DNA of 64,000 nucleotides from an uncultured Actinomycetota bacterium (GTDB lineage Bacteria; Actinomycetota; Actinomycetes; JAHEKZ01): NCBI GenBank assembly GCA_963829525.1, contig CAWHIJ010000003.1, positions 1,760,001 to 1,824,000 of the forward strand, read 5' to 3'. Shown piece by piece: positions 56,490 to 64,000 of this stretch (position 1 is its first letter; each line of letters starts with the position of its first letter). The notes under the pieces were generated by a model. It saw only the letters and a program-made list of their open reading frames with translations, ran no database searches and was not told where the DNA came from. The position numbers and the translations under genes were made by a program.

Positions 56490-57658
56490 GGGTGCTTCAA
56501 CTGCACAACCATCATTCGTCGCTTGGCGGGGCGATGGAGGTCTTGGCACATGAAGCTCAGCTGCTTACCGACGCTGGCCACAACGTGGAGCAATTCACAC
56601 TCCCATCTGCAGAGCAACTGGGTCTCTCGCCGCTTCGTGCGGGGGGTAAAGCCATCTGGAATATCGAAGCTCAGAAAGAGACCACACGCCGAATCCGCTC
56701 CTTTCGGCCAGATGTAGTCCATGTGCATACGCCATTTCCGCTGATGTCGCCCTCGGTATTCCGGTCAGCGCACGCGGCCGGGGTGCCGGCCGTCACCACA
56801 CTGCACAGCTACCGTTGGTCGTGTGTAGTCGGAACCTGCGTGCGCGACGGTTCCATATGCGAGGACTGCGTGGGATCGAAGCTCAAACTGTCGGGAATTC
56901 GCCACTCCTGCTACCACGAAAGCCGACTTGCCACGACGGCCCTGACTTTGGGGCTGGGCGTGCACCGCGCGGTTGGAACAACACAGCGCGCCATCACTCG
57001 GTATCTCACGCTCACCAGCTTCATGCGAAGACTGATGATTCGTGACGGCTACCCGGCAAGCAGGATCCTGGTTAAGCCCAATTCTGTGCCTGACCCCGGA
57101 GTCGCCGGACGACGCTTGACAGGCACCCGGTTTGTCTTCATTGCGGCCCGCCTCATCGAGATCAAGGGGATCCGGACCCTGCTCGACGCCTGGGCCAGGG
57201 CCGACACCAGAGAGCTTCGCCTCGTCATTGCCGGCGACGGTGAGTTGCGGTCCTTGGTAACAGAACGCGCCGCGTCCGATTCCTCGATCGAGTATCTCGG
57301 ATGGCTCGCAGAGGATGCCGTCACCCAGCGCATGCGTGACGCAGAAGCGGTTCTGGTCCCATCACAGTGGTACGAGGGCTTACCGCTGGTCATCCTGAGA
57401 AGCTTGTCGGTGGGTACTCCACTCCTCGTGTCGGATCTGGAGAACATCGCCGAAGATGTGGTCGGCGATGGTGTTGGTTGGAGCTTTCAGACCGGCAACG
57501 TCGCCGATCTCGAGCGTCACTTGTCCGATCTTGCCAATCACCCGGAGCGAAGCCTTTCCCTGCGGGAGCGAGCCCGCAACAACTACGAGTCTCGATACTC
57601 ACCAGCGGTTGATCTCGTGCGCCTCGAAGACATCTATCGCGAGGTGTCGCGCAGTTGA
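56486..57658 (+). CDS. GT4 glycosyltransferase
   Basis: PDVVHVH, TLHSYR..C...C..C, KPNSV, PSQWYEGLPLV. Confidence 0.92.
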   Translation: MRVLQLHNHHSSLGGAMEVLAHEAQLLTDAGHNVEQFTLPSAEQLGLSPLRAGGKAIWNIEAQKETTRRIRSFRPDVVHVHTPFPLMSPSVFRSAHAAGVPAVTTLHSYRWSCVVGTCVRDGSICEDCVGSKLKLSGIRHSCYHESRLATTALTLGLGVHRAVGTTQRAITRYLTLTSFMRRLMIRDGYPASRILVKPNSVPDPGVAGRRLTGTRFVFIAARLIEIKGIRTLLDAWARADTRELRLVIAGDGELRSLVTERAASDSSIEYLGWLAEDAVTQRMRDAEAVLVPSQWYEGLPLVILRSLSVGTPLLVSDLENIAEDVVGDGVGWSFQTGNVADLERHLSDLANHPERSLSLRERARNNYESRYSPAVDLVRLEDIYREVSRS

Positions 57659-57720
57659 GGCAGCTTGCCGGTCGTGGCCGTGTCGACGCCATGAATCCTG
57701 TCGGCAGCACCTCCGAGTGC

Positions 57721-58530
57721 CTAGCGCTCACTCCGCCCGGTCGCATATAGGGCCACTGCTGCGGCTGCACCAATGTTCAGGGAGTCCACGCCATCAGCCA
57801 TCGGGATGCGCACATGCCGAGTGACCGCGGCGAGGGCGTCAGGGCTAAGGCCATGGCCCTCGCTGCCCAGGAGCAGGGCTAGTCGCTGGGGTGGGTCAGC
57901 GGCCACCCTGTCCAGCGGTTCGGCGTGCGGGTGCGGCGTCAAAGCAAGAAGCTCCCATCCTGCGGCCGAAAGGTCGGTCAGCAGTTGTGGCCAGGAGCTT
58001 GCCCGAGTCCAGGGAAGAGCGAAGACCGCACCCATCGATACCCGCACCGACCGTCGATACAGCGGGTCAGCGCAGGTCGGGTCGACCAGGACGGCATCAA
58101 AACCGAGTCCTGCCGCAGAGCGAAAGACTGCGCCGACATTGGTGTGATCGACGAGTCCCTCGAGCACCACAATGCGCCGTGCCTGGCGCACCACTTGTTC
58201 GACGGTGGGCAACGGAGTCCGCGACATCGCGGCAAGCGCGCCGCGGTGTACCCGATATCCGGTGATCTCGTTCACCGTTGCCTCCTCTCCGACAAGGACA
58301 ACGGTGCCAGCCGGGAGATTCAGATCCCCGATTGCCTCGAGCCACCGCGGCGTGGTCAGCACCGAGCGAATGGGGTAGCCGGCGAGCAGCGCACGCGCGA
58401 TGACCTGGTGACTCTCGGCCATGAAGAGCCCCTCTGCGGGCTCCTTGCGGCGCCTGAGCTTCACATCGGTGAGCTCGCGATAGTCCGCGACGCGTGGATC
58501 TGCGACGTCGGTGACCTGAGAGACCTCCAT
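57721..58530 (-). CDS. TrmH/SpoU family RNA methyltransferase
   Basis: DHTNVGAVFRSA, PLYRRSVRVSMG, GSEGHGL, IPM..GVDSLNIGAA. Confidence 0.92.
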   Translation of the reverse strand: MEVSQVTDVADPRVADYRELTDVKLRRRKEPAEGLFMAESHQVIARALLAGYPIRSVLTTPRWLEAIGDLNLPAGTVVLVGEEATVNEITGYRVHRGALAAMSRTPLPTVEQVVRQARRIVVLEGLVDHTNVGAVFRSAAGLGFDAVLVDPTCADPLYRRSVRVSMGAVFALPWTRASSWPQLLTDLSAAGWELLALTPHPHAEPLDRVAADPPQRLALLLGSEGHGLSPDALAAVTRHVRIPMADGVDSLNIGAAAAVALYATGRSER

Positions 58531-59279
58531 CACCGCACCAACATGAACAGTGCGATGAGACCGACCACGATGACGAACGACCGGAGGGCGGCCGGTGGCA
58601 GCCTCCTGCCGTAGTGGGCTCCGAGGAAGCCACCAGCGGTCGCCCCCACGACCAGGACAAGCGCGATTGCCCAGTCGATGTCGGCCAGCAGGATGAAGAC
58701 GACAGCGGCGACCGCGTTGACGACGGCTGCGAGCACGTTCTTCAACGCGTTGACGCGCTGCAAATGCGCGTCGACCAGAGCTCCAAGAATGGCGATCAGC
58801 AGGACACCCTGTGCGGCACCGAAGTAGCCCCCGTAGATCCCGACGAGGTAGACCGCTCCCCACGCCACCGGTCCACCGAGTGCGTAGGTGTCGTGCTCGA
58901 CCGCAAGCCGTCGTGATAGCCACGGTTGAAGGGCCACAAGCGCCACGCCCAGCCCGACCAGCGCGGGAACGATGGAGTCAAAGGCGGACTCAGGGAGAAC
59001 GAGAAGCAGTATGGCTCCAGTGAGCCCCCCGAGCACGGACGCTGGCACGAACCGCCTGATGCGGGCTCGCTGAGTCGAGAGCTCTTGTCGGTAACCGACG
59101 CTACTTGCTACCGATCCGGCAACCAGGCCAACGGTGTTGGTCACATTCGCCGTCAGCGGTGGGACGCCGAGGGCCACGAGCGTCGAGAACGTCACCAACG
59201 TCCCCGACCCCACGAGGGCATTGATGCCCCCTGCCGCTACGCCCGCAGCCAGGATCGCCAGCCACTCCCACCAGACCAT
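58530..59279 (-). CDS. Sulfite exporter TauE/SafE family protein
   Basis: AGGINALVGSGTLVTF, ANVTN, GIYGGYFGAAQG, NALKN. Confidence 0.9.
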   Translation of the reverse strand: MVWWEWLAILAAGVAAGGINALVGSGTLVTFSTLVALGVPPLTANVTNTVGLVAGSVASSVGYRQELSTQRARIRRFVPASVLGGLTGAILLLVLPESAFDSIVPALVGLGVALVALQPWLSRRLAVEHDTYALGGPVAWGAVYLVGIYGGYFGAAQGVLLIAILGALVDAHLQRVNALKNVLAAVVNAVAAVVFILLADIDWAIALVLVVGATAGGFLGAHYGRRLPPAALRSFVIVVGLIALFMLVR

Positions 59280-59379
59280 GAAGGCACATGCTAGGCGTCG
59301 AGCAGTCACAGCCACGCTGCAGCGTGCTGCCGTCTCCGGTGCGTCAAGCCTGACTCGGCCGATGCCGATGCATATGATC

Positions 59380-60516
59380 ATGAGCCCGACGCGCCCCATG
59401 CGCCACCGGGTGGCCGCCGCTGCCCGTTCACGCCTGACGGTGCTCCTCTGTGCGTCGGTGTTGGCACTCGTGGTGATCCCGGGGTCAGCCGGTGCCGAGA
59501 CGTCGGACGAGGTTCGGGCCAGGGCTGCCGTGGTTGCCGAACGGGTCACCGCCCTGCAGGACGAAGTGGATGCCGCCAGTTCGGAGTACCGGAAGGCCTT
59601 GCGGAGCCTGTCCGGGGCGGTCACCAAGGAGGTCAGCGCTGATGCTGCGGCCGACGCGGCCTCGCGCGCTGCTCTGCTGGCTGACCAGGATCGTGTCGCT
59701 GCCGTTCGAGCACTCGAACAGTCTGGCGGTTCCCTCGCCATGTTGGACGGCCTGCTCACCTCGGGGAGCCCCAGTGACTTGGCAGCGCAGATGAAGATCT
59801 CGACCGAGGTACTCCATGTGCTCGCTTCCGGATCTGAGTTCCTCGACTCAGCGGCGTGGCAGAGTTCACATCTTGCCGAACGGCAAGAGCACGGCACCAA
59901 GGCCAGCATGGTGACGGTGGCAGATGTCGAGGCTGCGTACCGGCGGCTCGACGGGCTGCTCACCGAGCAGGAAGAGGTCCTTGCGACGCTGGATGATCAA
60001 GCCAGTGACCTAGCCCGAGCCGAGCAGGCGCAGGCCAGAGTTGATGCCGAACGCGCAGCGGCGGCCGCTGCTGCTTCCGCTGCATCGGGGGAGGCCACCG
60101 CAGGTGGAATCCCCAAGTCCTTCTTGACCCTCTATCAGACTGCCGCTTCCACGTGCTCGGGATTGCCATGGCCTGTCCTAGCCGCAATTGGTCAGGTGGA
60201 GAGCGGTCACGGGACCAACACCGGGCCGTCGCCGGCAGGAGCAATGGGCCCGATGCAGTTCCTGCCCAGCACCTTCGCTGCCTACGCCGTAGATGGTGAC
60301 GAAGATGGCGTGGCCGACATCTGGAGTCCGGCTGACTCGATCTACAGTGCTGCCAACTACCTCTGCGCCAACGGAGCAGGAAACGGACCACGTGGCCTGT
60401 ACAGCGCCATATACCACTACAACCATGCCGACTGGTACGTGCTCATGGTCATGCGGGTAGCGGGAGAACTGGCCACCCGATTCGGTGAGCCGGTGCCGAT
60501 AGCCCAGGCTCCGTAG
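59380..60516 (+). CDS. Secreted lytic transglycosylase (SLT) with coiled-coil N-terminus
   Basis: Signal peptide; AAIGQVESGHG, GAMGPMQFLPSTF, SAANYLC, YNH. Confidence 0.88.
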   Translation: MSPTRPMRHRVAAAARSRLTVLLCASVLALVVIPGSAGAETSDEVRARAAVVAERVTALQDEVDAASSEYRKALRSLSGAVTKEVSADAAADAASRAALLADQDRVAAVRALEQSGGSLAMLDGLLTSGSPSDLAAQMKISTEVLHVLASGSEFLDSAAWQSSHLAERQEHGTKASMVTVADVEAAYRRLDGLLTEQEEVLATLDDQASDLARAEQAQARVDAERAAAAAAASAASGEATAGGIPKSFLTLYQTAASTCSGLPWPVLAAIGQVESGHGTNTGPSPAGAMGPMQFLPSTFAAYAVDGDEDGVADIWSPADSIYSAANYLCANGAGNGPRGLYSAIYHYNHADWYVLMVMRVAGELATRFGEPVPIAQAP

Positions 60517-60562
60517 TCGCCGCCGACACGACCGATTGCACACCCTCAGGCACCAACGAGGA

Positions 60563-61138
60563 CTATGGGTCAACGCGCATGAACCACACGTGGGGGCCTT
60601 CGCCCGGCATGTCCTGTTCTTCGACCACTTCGAACCCGAAGCGCTCGTAGTACGGGACATTGCCGGCCACTGAAGTCTCCAAGAATGCGCCAGCCCCAGC
60701 TGCGGCTGCGAGGTCGAGGCCGTGCCGGATCAGTGCACCGCCGAGCCCGTCTCCCTGCGCATCCGGATCGACACCGAGCACTTCGAGGTACCACGCGTCA
60801 CCGGGAACAAAGGACTCGATCCACGCCCACGTCTGTTCCGCGTTCGGTACCCCAAGGTCCTCGCTTGCCAGCCCGCTACCGGGAAACGGAGAGGAGTCCA
60901 CGACACGGACGCCTGGCGGTACCCACACCGCGACTGCTCGACAGCCGCCGGCCTCCCAGACCATGCCTCGCTCGGTCGGTGCCGCATAGATCCGCTGGGC
61001 AAACTTGGCGATATCGCCCGAGAGCCCCGCACCGCCAAACGACCACTGGAAGATCGGGTCGGCCCTGAGCGACCGACCGAGCACACTCGCCAGGCTAGGA
61101 AGCTCGGCAAGGGTGGCCCGCCTGATGACGGTGCCCAA
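60563..61138 (-). CDS. GNAT family N-acetyltransferase
   Basis: WYLEVLGVDPDAQGDGLGGALI, FLETS..NVPYYERFGF; start uncertain. Confidence 0.85.
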   Translation of the reverse strand: MGTVIRRATLAELPSLASVLGRSLRADPIFQWSFGGAGLSGDIAKFAQRIYAAPTERGMVWEAGGCRAVAVWVPPGVRVVDSSPFPGSGLASEDLGVPNAEQTWAWIESFVPGDAWYLEVLGVDPDAQGDGLGGALIRHGLDLAAAAGAGAFLETSVAGNVPYYERFGFEVVEEQDMPGEGPHVWFMRVDP

Positions 61139-61139
61139 A

Positions 61140-62033
61140 TCAGGCAGGGTCGGCGCTTGTGCGGAAGGCCTGACCGAGCTGGGCCATGGCGCCGGAGAGC
61201 TCAGCCGGCAGAATCCAGAGTTTGTTCGACGGGCTGTTCGCGATCTGTGGAAGCGCTTGCAGGTACTGGTAGGCGAGCAGCTTGGGGTCAGGATCAGCGC
61301 GGTGGATGGCATCGAACACTGTTTGGATGGCCGACGCCTCGCCCTCAGCCCGCACGATGGCCGCTCGAGCCGCCCCTTCGGCCTCCAAGATGGCCGACTG
61401 CTTGGCACCCTCCGCTGTCAAGATCGCCGACTGCCGAATACCCTCCGCGGTCAAGATGGTGGCCCGCTTCTCGCGCTCGGCCCGCATCTGGATCTCCATC
61501 GCCTGCTGAACCGATGCAGGTGGGTCGATCGCCTTGATCTCAACTCGGTTGACTCGAATCCCCCACTTCCCGGTGGCTTCGTCGAGAACACCTCGAAGCC
61601 CCAAGTTGATGTCCTCACGCGAGGTGAGCGTGCGCTCGAGGTCCATGCCACCAGCGACGTTGCGCAACGTCGTGACGGTGAGCTGCTCGATGGCCTGGAT
61701 GTAGTTGGCGATCTCGTAGGTGGCCGACTTGGGGTCGGTGACCTGGAAGTAGATGACCGAGTCGATGCTGACGACGAGGTTGTCAGCAGTGATTACTGGC
61801 TGCGGCGGGAATGAGACCACCTGTTCGCGGAGGTCGATCAGTGGCCGTACTCGGTCGACGAAAGGGATGACGAGCGTCAGCCCTGGGGAGAGAGTCCGGT
61901 GGTACTTGCCCAGGCGCTCGACAATCCCGGCGCTCGCCTGCGGGATGATCCGGATCGCCTTGGCAAGGACGATCAGCACAAAGAGCGCGACGATCGCGAC
62001 GACGATCCAGACGGCGTAGTTCTCCATGCTCAC
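61140..62033 (-). CDS. SPFH/stomatin (band 7) family protein
   Basis: IVERLGKY, PPQPVITADN, TTLRNV, WGIRVNRVEIK, QMRAEREKRA. Confidence 0.95.
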   Translation of the reverse strand: MSMENYAVWIVVAIVALFVLIVLAKAIRIIPQASAGIVERLGKYHRTLSPGLTLVIPFVDRVRPLIDLREQVVSFPPQPVITADNLVVSIDSVIYFQVTDPKSATYEIANYIQAIEQLTVTTLRNVAGGMDLERTLTSREDINLGLRGVLDEATGKWGIRVNRVEIKAIDPPASVQQAMEIQMRAEREKRATILTAEGIRQSAILTAEGAKQSAILEAEGAARAAIVRAEGEASAIQTVFDAIHRADPDPKLLAYQYLQALPQIANSPSNKLWILPAELSGAMAQLGQAFRTSADPA

Positions 62034-62488
62034 TCCCCTGTCGAACCGGAGACCGGTTCAGTGTTGGGGGCGTCGACGACCGCCGTCGCCCCTTCAATGG
62101 AAATCACCACAAGGTCCGCACCCGCCTGGAACTCCGTACCAGGGTGGCGGACCCGCGCTGACCAGATCTCCCCGCCGATCTTGACCCTCCCCCCTCGGGC
62201 GTCGACACGCTCCACGACCAGCGCACCGGCCCCGATGAGCGCGTCGACGTTGGTATCGGTTCCCTCAGTCTTGAGCATCCGCAGTCCCATGGGACGGAGG
62301 ACGAACAGCGTCAGCATCGCCGCGAAGACCGCGGCCAGACCCTGCGCCAGCACTGGAGCACCGAAGGCCGCGACGATGGCGCCTGCCACCGCTCCCACCG
62401 CAAGGCTCGCAAAAACGAGGTCAAGCGTGAGCGCCTCGATGCCAAGGAGCACCAACGCTCCGAGAACCCACCATCCCCATTCAGGCAT
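62030..62488 (-). CDS. NfeD family protein
   Basis: TM N-terminus, NVDALIG, GRVKIGGEIWSAR, IEGATAVV; coupled to SPFH gene. Confidence 0.9.
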   Translation of the reverse strand: MPEWGWWVLGALVLLGIEALTLDLVFASLAVGAVAGAIVAAFGAPVLAQGLAAVFAAMLTLFVLRPMGLRMLKTEGTDTNVDALIGAGALVVERVDARGGRVKIGGEIWSARVRHPGTEFQAGADLVVISIEGATAVVDAPNTEPVSGSTGE

Positions 62489-62547
62489 GTCGCGAGCGTA
62501 GCGCTCCACTCGGCACGAGGTGGCCGAAGGTCCGATAGCGTCGGCGC

Positions 62548-63729
62548 GTGGCCGAGGACATGGCGTGGACAGCTGCTCGCATCCGGGCCAGCGACCTCGG
62601 CTCGGAGTCTGTGCGGCGCTCGGTTGCTGACCTCGACCATGCGATGGGCAGGGTGCTCGTCAGCGACCTGCACTCGTTGGTCGACCTCCCTCCCTTCGAT
62701 ACATCTGCGATGGACGGGTGGGCAGTCCTCGGTCAGGGCCCCTGGACGGTGGTGGGTGAATGTCGCGCCGGCGACCCACCACGCGCGTTGGACCAGCGGG
62801 AGTGCGTGCGCATCAGCACCGGCGCTATCGCTCCTGCCGGTTCAACTGTTCTGCGCAGCGAAGAGGGCCAGGAGCTGAACGGAGTGGTGACGTCGACCCA
62901 CTTCACGCCTTCGAAGGGGAAAGACATCCGGCAGCGCGGTGAAGAAGTGCGCACCGGTGAGCGAATTCTGCAGAAAGGTCAGCTGCTCACTCCTCCCGCA
63001 CTGGGGCTCGTGGCCGCTGCGGGCCTCGACACCGTCGAGGTCGTTCCACTGCCCCGGGTGGCCGTACTGGTCCTTGGCGATGAACTCGCCCACCAGGGGC
63101 TGCCGGTCGATGGACACGTGCGCGACGCTCTGTCGCCGCAGCTGCCTGCCTGGGTCTCGGCGATGGGAGCCGAGCTGGTGGCGCTCACGCGAGTCGCCGA
63201 CTCGCAGACCGCCACTCAAAGTGCGTTGGACAGCGCCGACGCGGACGTCGTGATCACCACCGGAGGCACGGCTCGCGGGCCAGCTGACCATATTCGGAAC
63301 GCCGTCGAGGCTACCTCCGGGAGGTGGCTCGTCGACGGTGTAGCCGTACGCCCTGGGCATCCCATGAAGCTCGCCGTGCTCAATGGGGAGCGTGCCCTTG
63401 TTGCGCTGCCCGGCAATCCGTTAGCAGCCCTCTCCGGCCTGGTCACCTTGGCCTGGCCACTGCTGGACGCGTTGGCCGGCCGAACCCCACGTCCCTCACT
63501 TCATCGACCCCTCGTTGCAGGTGTCGATGCTTCGCCAGGCGCCCACCGCCTTGTCCCTGGCGAGATGGAGGCTGGCGCGGTACGCCTGACCACCCGACGT
63601 GGACCGGCAATGTTGTCGGGCATGGCGACCGCCGACGTTCTGGCGGTCGTCCCTCCGGGGGCACGCGCCGAGGCTGGGAGCAACGTGGAGGTGCTCGCGA
63701 TGCCGTGGGGGTCTGGACTGCTCGTGTGA
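62548..63729 (+). CDS. moeA: Molybdopterin molybdotransferase
   Basis: LPPFDTSAMDGWA, ISTGA, GDEL, TTGG, VRPGHP, LPGNP. Confidence 0.9.
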   Translation: MAEDMAWTAARIRASDLGSESVRRSVADLDHAMGRVLVSDLHSLVDLPPFDTSAMDGWAVLGQGPWTVVGECRAGDPPRALDQRECVRISTGAIAPAGSTVLRSEEGQELNGVVTSTHFTPSKGKDIRQRGEEVRTGERILQKGQLLTPPALGLVAAAGLDTVEVVPLPRVAVLVLGDELAHQGLPVDGHVRDALSPQLPAWVSAMGAELVALTRVADSQTATQSALDSADADVVITTGGTARGPADHIRNAVEATSGRWLVDGVAVRPGHPMKLAVLNGERALVALPGNPLAALSGLVTLAWPLLDALAGRTPRPSLHRPLVAGVDASPGAHRLVPGEMEAGAVRLTTRRGPAMLSGMATADVLAVVPPGARAEAGSNVEVLAMPWGSGLLV

Positions 63730-63732
63730 GAC

Positions 63733-64000
63733 TCAGGGCAGTGATGCGCTCGGGGGCAACAGGGCCCTGGCAAAGTATCGGCCCGAATGCTCGGACAGGA
63801 GCAACGGAAGCCCGAAGGTGGCAGTGAGCCACGGGGTGGTGACCACCTGGTCGAGGGGACCGGCAGCGACGATGCGACCCCCACGCATCAGCAGAGCGTG
63901 GGTGGTGTGCTGCGGGATCTCCTCGACATGGTGGGTCACCAAAACCATCACCGGGCCATCTGGGGTCGATGCGACCATGGAGAGCCGACCGAGCAGATCC
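63733..64000 (-). CDS. ABC transporter ATP-binding protein, C-terminal part (truncated by window edge)
   Basis: LVTHHVEEIP...THALLMRGGRIVAAGP. Confidence 0.8.
   Translation of the reverse strand, partial: DLLGRLSMVASTPDGPVMVLVTHHVEEIPQHTTHALLMRGGRIVAAGPLDQVVTTPWLTATFGLPLLLSEHSGRYFARALLPPSASLP

Noticed and set aside
39983-57720. Prophage/integrative element at tRNA-Leu
   Set aside because: No integrase, phage genes or duplicated tRNA 3' end (att) seen in the window
57721-59963. ORF-track 400-aa TrmH and 477-aa TauE with long N-terminal extensions
   Set aside because: Extensions overlap neighbouring genes; true starts at 58530 and 59279

Overview
High-GC actinobacterial chromosomal segment, densely coding. 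Left two-thirds (1-39.9 kb) is the conserved Actinomycetota Pup-proteasome/Tat neighbourhood: 5'-3' exonuclease, helY, DAG kinase, tatCA, pafCB, DUF3866, two FKBPs, pafA, prcAB, pup, dop, arc, trmI, site-2 protease, RecB-like nuclease, ABC exporter, HAD, PAC2, mshC cluster, uppP, M20 peptidase. It carries an inserted DUF222/HNH gene and a broken YihY-like gene and ends at tRNA-Leu(GAG). The part after the tRNA looks accessory. It holds two unannotated tandem 34-aa paralogous hydrophobic peptides ending S[IV]VGAGxKWxN, each with its own RBS and a shared terminator, between membrane-protein genes and a TetR. It also has an oxidoreductase/hydrolase operon ending in a peptidase-S51/CysRS-C-terminal fusion, cspA, cell-wall hydrolases, a three-sulfotransferase/two-GT4/kinase glycan-modification cluster, TrmH, TauE, GNAT, SPFH/NfeD and moeA. 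Two RecA-NDp (PafBC-type) promoter motifs lie before the HNH and RecB-like genes. In both, the promoter-proximal start codon is out of frame with the conserved body, which may be sequence error. No CRISPR, rRNA, integrase or transposase was seen. All family calls are by motif recognition, not database search.
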